From Candidatus Iainarchaeum sp. (GTDB taxonomy: Archaea; Iainarchaeota; Iainarchaeia; Iainarchaeales; JACQJH01), in contig JACQJH010000002.1 in the NCBI GenBank assembly GCA_016205145.1, positions 1 to 32,000 of the forward strand: a stretch of DNA of 32,000 nucleotides, read 5' to 3'. Numbering within the stretch: the first letter of the stretch is position 1; every line of letters starts with the position of its first letter. This document shows, in pieces, positions 16,101 to 24,174 of this stretch. The translations under genes and the position numbers were made by a program. The notes beneath the pieces are model-generated. The model saw only the letters and a program-made list of their open reading frames with translations. It was not told the origin of the DNA and did no database searches.

Positions 16101-18067
16101 ATGTTGTTCACAGTGAAGCCGCCGTATTCGGTTGTCTGTTGCCCATTTGCGTTTACGACCAATTTCAAGCCATAATCGCCGTTTACTGTATTCGCCGCGT
16201 CAAAATCGAACGTGCAGAGCAGGCCTTCCTCCGGAACCTGGCTTGAGCCGTTGCAGATTGTCTGCCACGGATCTGTTTCGTTTAAGTGGTAGTAAAGCGT
16301 GTACCCGCTGAAATTGTCGCCTGTCGCCGTGCCAAGAATGTTTGCAGTCGTGTCATTCAATGGCTGAAACGAATGTATTTCCGCGATCGGGGGCGCTCCG
16401 CTCAGCGATGCCGCAGCAAGAACGTCAATTCTTCCGTGGCCCTGAGTGTTCATCGGTTCGCCGATGTCAACGGCGGTATTCTGCAGCGCCATTTTAATTT
16501 CATCCGGCGACCAGCCAGGGTATTTTTGTTTTAAAAGTGCGGCGGCACCCGCTACAACGGGCGCTGAAGCGCTTGTGCCGCTGAAGGAACTATGTTTGCC
16601 GTCGTTAAAATAAGGAATACAATTATATGGCCCCCCGTCACCCGACCATTTTGCCACACAAATATTCACGCCTACTGCCACAACGTCAGGTTTGACAAGA
16701 TATTGATCGTAGCCATTCGAGTCAATCCATTTCACGGGCCCCCTTGATGAAAACGACGCAATTTCATCGTCTTTCCATGTTGCGCCGGCTGAAATGATCT
16801 TTCGACCCATCCCTGGGCTTGTCATTGATTCAGGGGAAGACCCGGCATTTCCTGCTGAAACAACCGCTACAACTCCTGCCCTGACTATATTATCGAATGC
16901 CTGGTTTTGCGTGTCATCGGGGTTTCCATTGCCCCCGAAACTATAATTTACCACGTCCAAATGGTCATCGAAGTTTCCGTCATTGTCCGGGTCAAGCGCC
17001 CAGTCAAGGGCTTCTATGACATCGCTCAAATATGCGCTGCCCTGGCTGTTCCCGACCTTTAGCGCGTAAAGTGTTGCGTCGCGCGCGACACCATTTAAGT
17101 CATAGCTTTCGTATCCCCCGTTTCCGGCGACAACAGATGCGACCAGCGTTCCATGCCCCTGGTCATCCATCGGGTCGTTATCCTCGTTAACAAAATCGTA
17201 TCCGCCAGCGACCTTTGCGCACAAGCCGTCCGTAAACTGCTGGGTCGTGCAGTTCCCGAAATCGTCGTGCGTGTAATCGATGCCCGTGTCCATTATTCCG
17301 ACCTTCACGCCTTTTCCCGTAATGCATTCCTTTCCGCTGGACGCGCATTGCCCGCCATCAATGTCAAGTGCCCAAACGTCATCCGCGTTGATTATTGGAA
17401 TGGTTTGAAAAAGCTGCATCTGGCTTTTCGTGTTCGGCGTGACAGATTTCACTCCGGGCAAATCCAGAATTTTTTCCGCGTCCTCTTGTGAAATGTCCAG
17501 TGCGATGCCGTTGAATGTTTTCGAGTATTCGCCTAAAATTGCGAGCGTCGGCGTGCCAAGGGTGCTTTGCGCGCTGATTTCCGCCAGGGTTTTTGGGGTT
17601 TCGCTGTTTTTGCTTAACGCGTTCAAAATGCCCGTTTTTGCCTGTTCGTGCTGGGATTCGATTTTTTGCGCGTGCAGTCTGAGTTCCGCCCCGATATCGG
17701 TTGTCCTGGCGCTTGCGGCGTTAAAAATTTCCGGATTTTCCGACGCGGTCGCATTGGCAAAAAGCTCTTCGGCGTTTTCGTTCGCTTCCTTCAGTTCCGC
17801 ATACTTCACTGCCAGCGGCGCCTCGTAGAATTCGACAATGAATCCGTTTGCGCCTTCAATGTTTTCATTCGGCCCCGGGCCGCCTGATTCCTGGCGCAAG
17901 GCAAAACCTGCGCCAGTAAGCGTATCCTGATTCGGATTTGCATCCGGAAAATCCGGTTCCTGTCCCTGTGCAACCACCGGGTTTGGCACGGCAAAGGCCA
18001 AGAAAAGAAAGAAAAGAACGAAACAAGGTAACAAGGTTCTTTTCAGGCTTGAGGCCATCCGATGCAA
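13178..18067 (-). CDS. Giant secreted subtilisin-like (S8) protease fused to an FG-GAP/VCBS beta-propeller region, a DUF2341-like domain and a LamG/ConA-like domain
   Basis: Signal peptide (LLPCFVLFFLFLAFAVPNPVVA). I9-like propeptide (FIVEFYEAPLAVKY). Catalytic D260 (GIMDTGID, nt 17288-17290), H305 (HGTLVAS) and S499 (GTSASAP). Eight DxDxDG-type repeats between aa ~795 and 1200 (DIDGDGNKEIVV, DLDNDGADEIIV, DIDNDGNLEIVV, and others), closed by WPMFGHDTGHTGRY. CDDLRVYDENLHIELDRQV...LAIYYGNPSA is DUF2341-like. No C-terminal TM anchor seen. Confidence 0.9.
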   Translation of the reverse strand: MHRMASSLKRTLLPCFVLFFLFLAFAVPNPVVAQGQEPDFPDANPNQDTLTGAGFALRQESGGPGPNENIEGANGFIVEFYEAPLAVKYAELKEANENAEELFANATASENPEIFNAASARTTDIGAELRLHAQKIESQHEQAKTGILNALSKNSETPKTLAEISAQSTLGTPTLAILGEYSKTFNGIALDISQEDAEKILDLPGVKSVTPNTKSQMQLFQTIPIINADDVWALDIDGGQCASSGKECITGKGVKVGIMDTGIDYTHDDFGNCTTQQFTDGLCAKVAGGYDFVNEDNDPMDDQGHGTLVASVVAGNGGYESYDLNGVARDATLYALKVGNSQGSAYLSDVIEALDWALDPDNDGNFDDHLDVVNYSFGGNGNPDDTQNQAFDNIVRAGVVAVVSAGNAGSSPESMTSPGMGRKIISAGATWKDDEIASFSSRGPVKWIDSNGYDQYLVKPDVVAVGVNICVAKWSGDGGPYNCIPYFNDGKHSSFSGTSASAPVVAGAAALLKQKYPGWSPDEIKMALQNTAVDIGEPMNTQGHGRIDVLAAASLSGAPPIAEIHSFQPLNDTTANILGTATGDNFSGYTLYYHLNETDPWQTICNGSSQVPEEGLLCTFDFDAANTVNGDYGLKLVVNANGQQTTEYGGFTVNNIKTTSPLNNDIFRAGDVIDINGSVLGNFNGYTIEFAASPDFNFATDPNATWSNSGISLANNGLQPVENGTLATWDTSGLSGWYDMKITLERPQGNVDENIFHVYLDPTLKKGWPVKYGWYYYAPWDVYIVGGLFEPVVADLTNDGNKEIITAYVDNAQILAFKNDGSLLWSGYVYDYPQTIPTIGDIDGDGNKEIVVASNSYLSVLNNVGDLKFWQSSGNYYIPLPTDYKYTITLADLDNDGADEIIVKGNWPEGNVGVGGTEQMLVIDGNGTIRASWDLPQNPFAGNVAKIQSYPAVGNFDDDPELEIVSAQQTGDSEYSDSGAIYVYNMDGSVVDGWPVSIPSAIFASPSVGDIDNDGNLEIVVGAMGRNAGEWYNYSTDYGGIYAFDANGSLVPGWPVLKGLSFEATPALGDIDHDGFLEIAATSNYNYYAGQPKTHLLRANGETVSGWPQEINWNANYGVIMADIDSDNAPEILVSAGNAFQPNKESHGGIYAWNTDGSSVNGFPKGIEGQKHPVGTYPEKSIRYSPAPIVDDIDNDGKVELIAGYKDDYDFFNQESKHRGSIYAWDLDGDYNAANMPWPMFGHDTGHTGRYVAPPKPPPSVERGFEHIAGSPNFSLSFSVGGSMPQVSSQSFLLAPFSVVLQTFRGVYSGWENAAYSYKKPIFVSVKSEALDANYTFSDLSETTMQEEITLDTQSLVAAGKMQTGCDDLRVYDENLHIELDRQVAGCNTASTKVVVQLKSAWQANTNYDGVLAIYYGNPSASSPPSDMRKIYSYWLDFEDAYVSDWTLGDGSITAIQKISGAYSANLQNSSNAYKQSIPSMPDGKRHRYSYAIQADGISNGSLVDLMGASDTALCMRCLGIGDNKFLANTGGNWANMNDGGNMPSANTNYLAAMDYANGGTSMNYFIWNETGTSLLASLLNQTVSAKTIARIGARGYNGSGNAYFDNFRAQPAVYDLPVVSVGEEQAKT

Positions 18068-18149
18068 TATATGCGTAAAACGTCAATAAAAATGTTGTGA
18101 CCATCCACAATTTCGTCTATTGACGAAGCGAAATTTCTGCCGGTTTTGG

Positions 18150-19454
18150 TCAGGCGGTTTGCACCAATTCTTTGGCAAACCCGATCGCTTTTTGCACGTC
18201 TTTTATGTCGGGCTTCGCTGAAACCGGCTTGTTCGGGAACCTTGGCTTTATGCCTTCAAGCTGGCCCAGATGATAGTTGACTGTCGCATCCGGATCCTTC
18301 AAAAGGTTGCCCGTGAGTATGCCGACAACAATTTCATCGGGCTTTATGATTCCCTTTTCGACCAGTTTTTTCGCGCCCGCAACAGAGCAGGCGGAAGCGG
18401 GTTCGCAGCCGATTCCGGTTGCGTCAACCATTGCCTTTGCATCCATGATTTCCTGGTCGGACACCTCTTCTACAACGCCTTTGCTGTGCCTGACTTCGCG
18501 CAAGGATTTTTTCCACGAAACGGGGTTGCCGATTTTGATTGCGGTCGCAATTGTTTTCGGGTCTTTTATGGGCGTGAGGTTTTCGCCGTTTTCCGACCAG
18601 AGCCTGTAAAACGGGTTCGAGCCGTGCGCCTGCACTACCGCAAGCCTTGGCACTTTGGCTGTCAGGCCCAATTCTTCGAGTTCGCGGAATCCCTTGCCGA
18701 TTGCGGAAGAATTGCCGAGGTTTCCGCCTGGAACCACAACCCAGTCAGGAATTTCCCAGTTCATCTGCTGGCAAAGCTCGAAGGCAATTGATTTCTGGCC
18801 TTCTATGCGGTAAGGGTTTATGGAATTGACGACGTAAAGGCCGAGTTCTTTTGCGTTTTCCAGCAGGAAGTTAAGCGCTTCGTCGAAATTGCCGTCGATC
18901 TGCACGGTTTTGATGCCGTAAGCGAGGGCCTGCGACAGTTTGCCGTACGCAATGTTGCCTTTGGGCACGAAAATGACGCCTTTGAGGCTTTCCGCCGCGG
19001 CATACGCCGCCAATGAAGCCGAAGTGTTGCCTGTTGACGCGCACGCAATCGCCTTTATGCCCAAAAAGTTTGCATGCGATACCGCGACGGTCATGCCGTT
19101 GTCCTTGAAACTGCCGGTCGGGTTTTCTCCCTGCGCTTTCAGGAAAAAATTTTTGAGGCCGACGTAATGCCTCACCTGTTCGCCGAAATGAATGCTTGTG
19201 TTGCCTTCAAGAATGGAAATGACCTTGTCGTCGGGAATGAGCGGGTGGATTATTTCCTTGTAGCGCCAGACGCCCGAACCGTAAGGATATGCCTTGCTGC
19301 CGACGCGCTTTTCAAACAGTTCCCTTGAAACAACCTCTTTTGCGGCTTCCAGGTCGTGCACAACGTCAAGCAATCCCTTGCAGTCGCATTCGCACCTTTC
19401 TTCCGTTGCGGGATATTCCTTTCCGCAGTCAAAGCATTTGAGGACCATTTCCAT
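18150..19454 (-). CDS. thrC: Threonine synthase (with N-terminal zinc-ribbon)
   Basis: PLP-lysine motif PTGSFKDNGMT. N-terminal CFDCGKEY...CECDC. ATG at 19454 (preceded by GGTG) preferred over the longest-ORF ATG at 19481. Confidence 0.9.
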   Translation of the reverse strand: MEMVLKCFDCGKEYPATEERCECDCKGLLDVVHDLEAAKEVVSRELFEKRVGSKAYPYGSGVWRYKEIIHPLIPDDKVISILEGNTSIHFGEQVRHYVGLKNFFLKAQGENPTGSFKDNGMTVAVSHANFLGIKAIACASTGNTSASLAAYAAAESLKGVIFVPKGNIAYGKLSQALAYGIKTVQIDGNFDEALNFLLENAKELGLYVVNSINPYRIEGQKSIAFELCQQMNWEIPDWVVVPGGNLGNSSAIGKGFRELEELGLTAKVPRLAVVQAHGSNPFYRLWSENGENLTPIKDPKTIATAIKIGNPVSWKKSLREVRHSKGVVEEVSDQEIMDAKAMVDATGIGCEPASACSVAGAKKLVEKGIIKPDEIVVGILTGNLLKDPDATVNYHLGQLEGIKPRFPNKPVSAKPDIKDVQKAIGFAKELVQTA

Positions 19455-19504
19455 CAGTTTCGCACCCAGAAAGATTGGCATTAAAAAAACTTAAACCTAT
19501 CATT

Positions 19505-20179
19505 TCACCGTGGCTCTTGTCGGTTGCGGGCGGAACTGTCACGGCGGTTTCTCTGTTGCCTGCCCTTTCCGGCTTGCCGGTGATAATAGCCTCCCGCGCC
19601 TGCGACATTTTCAGACGTGGAAAGGCCGCTTTCAATGCGCGCATGTTCAATTGGCAGGCCAAGGCCGTGAACAAGGTGTTCCAAATTCCTTGGCACGCAA
19701 ACCTCTTCGGTTTCCCCGAAGGCCATGATTCGGAGATCCTTTGAATCGAAGCCGAAGCCGTTCTTCTGCAACGCTTCCTTTACATGCCGCGGGTTAAGCT
19801 GGATGCCTGCAGGCAAAACAACGAGCCTGTCGCCAAGCTGGGCCTTTGCAAATTCGAGGAGCCTTGAAGACCTTTTTTGCGCATCGCTTCCCGGAATGTA
19901 TTCAAACGGCAGAATCACAAGCATGGCGGCATGATTTTCCCTTATCCGCATTATGCGCCGCCCCCAAAGGGCGTTTATTGCCGACCATCCGCGCTTCACC
20001 CGCCTTAATGCGCGCCTGTCTTCCCGCGCCAGCACGCCAAGCCAGTCCTGGTGGGAATTTTCAAGTGTTGTTGGTTCGTTGGTGAGATTCCATGCGGTGC
20101 CGACATGATATTCGGGGTGGACCAGAAGGTGTATTTCGCTTATTTGCCGCAACGGCACACGCCCGGGCTGTTGGCTCAT
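19505..20179 (-). CDS. Hypothetical alpha/beta protein embedded between thrB and thrC
   Basis: The only long ORF in the interval. Its ATG overlaps the thrB stop (ttATGAgcc), so the track ORF from 20338 was trimmed. Alternating strand/helix-like segments (IHLLVHPEY, AMLVILPFEY, RLVVLPAG, LRIMAFGETEEVCV). The basic, low-complexity C-terminal tail of about 45 aa looks disordered. No family recognised. Confidence 0.5.
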   Translation of the reverse strand: MSQQPGRVPLRQISEIHLLVHPEYHVGTAWNLTNEPTTLENSHQDWLGVLAREDRRALRRVKRGWSAINALWGRRIMRIRENHAAMLVILPFEYIPGSDAQKRSSRLLEFAKAQLGDRLVVLPAGIQLNPRHVKEALQKNGFGFDSKDLRIMAFGETEEVCVPRNLEHLVHGLGLPIEHARIESGLSTSENVAGAGGYYHRQAGKGRQQRNRRDSSARNRQEPR

Positions 20180-21102
20180 AAAACCGCCGCGCCCTTCGCA
20201 TTCATCTTTGAAACAACCGCGCCGCTTTCCATGCCGTTTTTGTAAAACGCCTCTTGCATGGCCTTCGCCGCGCGTTCCGCAACCGCCTTGTTTTCCGCAA
20301 CGCAGAAAACGCTTGGCCCCGCCCCTGAAATGCTGCAACCAAGCGCGCCCGCTTCAAGCGCGGATTTTTTCACGTCGTAAAAGCCTGGAATGAGGGAAGC
20401 GCGGCGCGGTTCGACTACCGCATCATTGACTGCCTCGCCGAAAAGATTAATGTTTTGCGTGTGAAGCGCGTGCACCATCAAGGCGGTGTTCGCCCAATTG
20501 GAAATCGCCTCGTTCAATGGAATCTCTTTCGGCAAGACAGCCCTCGCTTTTTTTGTCGGCAGCTCGAAGTCAGGCGTGGCAACCGAAAAGAACGCGTTTT
20601 CAAGGCAGCCGATTTTCACTGCGGAAAGCGGGGAATAGCTTTTCACCAAGACAAATCCGCCGAGAAGCGAGGGCGCGACATTGTCTGCGTGGAAACCGGA
20701 AACAGCTTCTTCCGCTTTCGCGCAGGCAAAAACCATTTCCTCGCGTTTGAGTTTGTTGCCGAACAGCGCGTTGACCGCTACTGCCGCCGCCACGGCTGAT
20801 GCGCCGGAACTTCCGAGGCCGCTGCCCAAAGGCATGTTTTTTTCAAGCGAAATTTCAATGCCAACATCATTCAAGCCGAGCTGTTCGAGGACAAGCCTTG
20901 CGGCAATGCCGGCAGTATTCCTGTTCACGTCTTTCGCAAGCCTGCCATTGTCGCCTTTGATGGCTGAGATGCGGACGCCTTTTTCGCTTGTGCGTTTTGC
21001 CTCGACAAAGTCGCCGGGCCTTTCAAGGCATAAGCCGAAAACGTCGAAGCCCGGGCCGGCGTTTGCAATCGTTGCCGGCGCGAAAGCCCTTGCCTTGTCC
21101 AT
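20176..21102 (-). CDS. thrB: Homoserine kinase
   Basis: GHMP-kinase motif NMPLGSGLGSSGASAVAAAVA. N-terminal APATIANAGPGFDVFG. Confidence 0.9.
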   Translation of the reverse strand: MDKARAFAPATIANAGPGFDVFGLCLERPGDFVEAKRTSEKGVRISAIKGDNGRLAKDVNRNTAGIAARLVLEQLGLNDVGIEISLEKNMPLGSGLGSSGASAVAAAVAVNALFGNKLKREEMVFACAKAEEAVSGFHADNVAPSLLGGFVLVKSYSPLSAVKIGCLENAFFSVATPDFELPTKKARAVLPKEIPLNEAISNWANTALMVHALHTQNINLFGEAVNDAVVEPRRASLIPGFYDVKKSALEAGALGCSISGAGPSVFCVAENKAVAERAAKAMQEAFYKNGMESGAVVSKMNAKGAAVL

Positions 21103-21147
21103 GCAACAAGGGTATACAATAATGTTTTAATTTTTGCCGACGCCACC

Positions 21148-21182
21148 AATTATAACTGAAATCTTGTAATTATAGCTGAAAT
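21148..21182. promoter_or_regulatory. 15-nt imperfect direct repeat AATTATA(A/G)CTGAAAT x2 in the thrB/pdxS divergent control region
   Basis: Copies at 21148-21162 and 21168-21182, period 20 bp, one mismatch. Each contains a TATA-like ATTATA core. Confidence 0.45.
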
Positions 21183-21245
21183 ATCTTCGGAACTGCCAGT
21201 GCATGCCCTTTGTTTTGCATGTCTCCTGGCCTGTGGTGTTTTTGG

Positions 21246-22145
21246 ATGGAATTGTCTGAAAAAATCGTTTTGCAGAAGGGCACTGAGCGCCTGAAACGCG
21301 GCTTTGCAAGGATGTGCAAGGGCGGCGTTATAATGGATGTTACAACTGGAGCGCAGGCGGAAATCGCGGAAAAAGCCGGCGCGGTTGCAGTGATGGCGTT
21401 GGAAGCGGTTCCTGCTGACATCCGGGCAAAGGGCGGGGTTGCGAGAATGGCTTCCCCTGAAAAGGTCGCCGAAATAATTTCCGCCGTGACAATTCCGGTC
21501 ATGGCGAAGTGCAGGATCGGGCATTTTGCCGAAGCGCAGGTTTTGGAATCGCTTGGCGTCGACATGGTTGACGAAAGCGAAGTCCTCACGCCGGCGGACG
21601 AGGAAAGCCATATTGACAAGAAAAAGTTTGGTGTTCCATTCGTGTGCGGCTGCCGCAACATTGGTGAGGCTTTGAGGCGCATTGACGAGGGCGCGTCAAT
21701 GATTCGCACCAAAGGCGAGCCTGGAACCGGAAATGTAGTGGAGGCAGTACGGCATTTGAAGCTTGTGAACCGGGAAATCGCGGAACTGAAAGAATTGTCC
21801 GGTGCGGAACTCAAAAGGAAGGCGAAGGAACTGCGCGTTCCGGTTGAGCTTGTGAAGGAAACGAAAAAGCTTGGCAGGCTGCCCGTCGTGAATTTTGCGG
21901 CCGGCGGCATTGCAACGCCGGCTGACGCGAGCCTCATGATGCAGTTGAAGGCTGACGGCATTTTTGTCGGCAGCGGAATCTTCAAGTCCTCGGACCCGGA
22001 AAAATTTGCCAAGGCGATTGTCGCGGCAACCCTCAACTTTTCTGACGCAAAAAAGGTTGCCGACGCGTCCCGCGGATTGGGCGAGGCCATGAAAGGCGAG
22101 GAAATTTCGCGGCTTGGCCTGAGAATGCAGGACAGGAGCACCTGA
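21246..22145 (+). CDS. pdxS: Pyridoxal 5'-phosphate synthase, lyase subunit
   Basis: Near-continuous match to the PdxS consensus (GGVIMDV...[25 protein letters not shown]...[25 protein letters not shown]...TKGE.GTGN). ATG at 21246 preferred over 21210. Confidence 0.93.
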   Translation: MELSEKIVLQKGTERLKRGFARMCKGGVIMDVTTGAQAEIAEKAGAVAVMALEAVPADIRAKGGVARMASPEKVAEIISAVTIPVMAKCRIGHFAEAQVLESLGVDMVDESEVLTPADEESHIDKKKFGVPFVCGCRNIGEALRRIDEGASMIRTKGEPGTGNVVEAVRHLKLVNREIAELKELSGAELKRKAKELRVPVELVKETKKLGRLPVVNFAAGGIATPADASLMMQLKADGIFVGSGIFKSSDPEKFAKAIVAATLNFSDAKKVADASRGLGEAMKGEEISRLGLRMQDRST

Positions 22146-22211
22146 ACGTTTTTCCGGGCTTTTTTGGTTTTTTGCCCGCAGGAACCTATTGGCTTTTTGG
22201 AAAGTGATTTT

Positions 22212-22844
22212 GTGCCGGAACCTAAAATTGCCGTCATCGGCGTGCAGGGCGCGGTCGAAGAGCACATCGATTGCCTGAACGCCTGCAATTCAAACGCAAT
22301 CTGGGCCAGAAACGTTTCGGATCTTGAAGGCATTTCCGGCGCAATCATTCCGGGCGGCGAGTCGACCACAATCAACAAGCTCATGCTCGCAGGCGGAATG
22401 CATGCCAGATTGAAGGAAATGGCTTTGAATGGAATGCCGTTGCTCGGCACGTGCGCCGGCGCAATCCTTTTGGCGAAAGAGGGGGATTCGCAAACGCAAA
22501 AGACCGGCCAGGCATTGCTTGGCCTGATGGATTTCAAGGTCAACAGGAACGCTTTCGGCAGGCAGGCCGACAGCTTTGAAGCGAAAGTTCGGGTTCCGGA
22601 AATAGGAAAGCCGGATTTTCCAGGCGTGTTCATCCGCGCGCCCGCGGTCGAAGGCATTTCCGGCAGGGCGGAGGCGTTTGCAACGCTTGAAGGAAAGCCT
22701 GCCGGCGTGAGGCAGGGCAAAATGATTGCATTGGCATTCCACCCGGAGCTTTCAGGCGACCTGCGCATCCACTCGTTTTTCTGCGGGCTCGCCAAAAAAT
22801 TCGCACAGGCCGATGGCAATGCCCGTGAAGCCAAAAATTTATAA
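22212..22844 (+). CDS. pdxT: Pyridoxal 5'-phosphate synthase, glutaminase subunit
   Basis: KIAVIGVQGAVEEH, IIPGGESTT, GTCAGAILLA (catalytic Cys) and AFHPEL motifs. Start uncertain: GTG 22212 preferred, TTG 22164 or 22197 possible. Confidence 0.88.
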   Translation: MPEPKIAVIGVQGAVEEHIDCLNACNSNAIWARNVSDLEGISGAIIPGGESTTINKLMLAGGMHARLKEMALNGMPLLGTCAGAILLAKEGDSQTQKTGQALLGLMDFKVNRNAFGRQADSFEAKVRVPEIGKPDFPGVFIRAPAVEGISGRAEAFATLEGKPAGVRQGKMIALAFHPELSGDLRIHSFFCGLAKKFAQADGNAREAKNL

Positions 22845-22874
22845 TAGGGGTTAATCGTATTCTTTTAGGTTTGC

Positions 22875-24137
22875 GTGTTGTCCAAAGCCGTTTATTTCAG
22901 CCAGCTTGCCGGCAAGGCCGTCAGCGACTCCAAGGGAAGGGCCATTGGCACGCTTAAAGACCTGGTCATGGTTGACGGCGAGCTGACCGCGCCCATTGTA
23001 GCGCTGGTCGTGAAATCAAACGGTTCAAGGAAAAAGATTCCATGGAAATTCGTTGAAAGCGTTGAACGGCAGGTTTTCCTTGAGGCCGAAAAGGACGGCG
23101 TGGAATTCGGGGATGTCGCCGAAACCGACCTTCTTGTCAATGAGGTTGTGATGGACCGCCAGATAATCGACGTGAACGGCGTGAAAATCCTGAAGGTCAA
23201 TGACGTTTTGCTGTCAAAGTCCGGCGACCGGCTCGAGATAATAAGCGTTGATGTGGGGGCGGCGGGTTTTCTTCGCAGGCTCGGCATAAAGGCTTTTCCG
23301 CGCATTTTCGGCGGAAAAATCATTGGCGATTTTTTGATTCCGTGGAAGCATGTCGCGCCGCTTGAATTGAGTTCGGTTTCAAACATAAAGGTGAATGTCG
23401 AGGGCACAAAGCTCAACGAAGTGCATCCCGCGGACCTTGCTGATCTGCTCGAAGAGATGTCGCACAGCGAGCGCGCAATCGTTTTCAAGGCCATAAAGGA
23501 CGAGCAGGCCGCCGATACGCTTGCCGAAGCCGCGCCGGACGTTGCAAAGTCGCTGTTCAAGTCCCTGACCCAGGCGAGAATCGCGCAAATTCTCAAAAAA
23601 ATGGAGCCGGATGAGGCTGTTGATGTGCTGAGCCTTTTTCCGCATGAAACAGTTCTGAAAATCCTCAAGTCAATGGCCCCGGAAGAAGCCGCAAAGCTTT
23701 TGGGCCTGCTCTCTTTTCCGGATGAGGCCGCGGGTTCGCTCATGAACCCGAATGTGCTGTCCCTTGACAAGGATTTGACTGCGAAAAAGGCCATTTCAGT
23801 GCTTAGAACGAAAATGAGGGGCCTTGACAGGGCATATTACATTTATGTTGTGGACAAGAACAACAGGCTTTGCGGGATAACCTCGCTGAGGCGCCTGATA
23901 ATAGCCGACCCTGACAGGAAACTTGGCGATTTCATGGGAAAGCGCGCCTATCGCGTCAAAACTTCGACGCCGGTCGAGAACATAACAAAGATAATCAACA
24001 AGTACGACCTCTTGTCCCTGCCTGTAGTTGACGACCAGAACCGGCTTGTCGGCGCGATAGCGATTGACGATGTCTTCGAGGAAATCGTGCCCGCAAGCCT
24101 GAAAAAAAGGCGTTATACTCACGTCCACGTCGGATGA
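22875..24137 (+). CDS. Soluble PRC-barrel / MgtE N-domain / CBS-pair protein (MgtE cytoplasmic module without the MgtE membrane domain)
   Basis: PRC-barrel-like N-terminus (LAGKAVSDSKGRAIGTLKDLVMVDG). MgtE_N motifs HPADLADLLEEM and EPDEAVDVLSLFP. LLSFPDEAAGSLMNPNVLSL followed by two CBS-like segments. The ORF ends without hydrophobic helices. Confidence 0.8.
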   Translation: MLSKAVYFSQLAGKAVSDSKGRAIGTLKDLVMVDGELTAPIVALVVKSNGSRKKIPWKFVESVERQVFLEAEKDGVEFGDVAETDLLVNEVVMDRQIIDVNGVKILKVNDVLLSKSGDRLEIISVDVGAAGFLRRLGIKAFPRIFGGKIIGDFLIPWKHVAPLELSSVSNIKVNVEGTKLNEVHPADLADLLEEMSHSERAIVFKAIKDEQAADTLAEAAPDVAKSLFKSLTQARIAQILKKMEPDEAVDVLSLFPHETVLKILKSMAPEEAAKLLGLLSFPDEAAGSLMNPNVLSLDKDLTAKKAISVLRTKMRGLDRAYYIYVVDKNNRLCGITSLRRLIIADPDRKLGDFMGKRAYRVKTSTPVENITKIINKYDLLSLPVVDDQNRLVGAIAIDDVFEEIVPASLKKRRYTHVHVG

Positions 24138-24174
24138 TTTTTTTTGTCGGCTGAAGGCTTTTTTTGGTGGCATC

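Noticed and set aside
20180-20338. N-terminal 53 codons of the 19505..20338 ORF
   Set aside because: Overlaps the 3' end of thrB in another frame. An internal ATG at 20179 forms an ATGA junction with the thrB stop, so the shorter form is preferred.
21170-22834. 554-aa minus-strand ORF spanning pdxS and pdxT
   Set aside because: Antisense to two near-consensus genes and crosses their intergenic gap. S/A/P-rich composition typical of a shadow frame.
22892-23794. 300-aa minus-strand ORF
   Set aside because: Antisense to the MgtE-N/CBS gene. Ser-rich low complexity.
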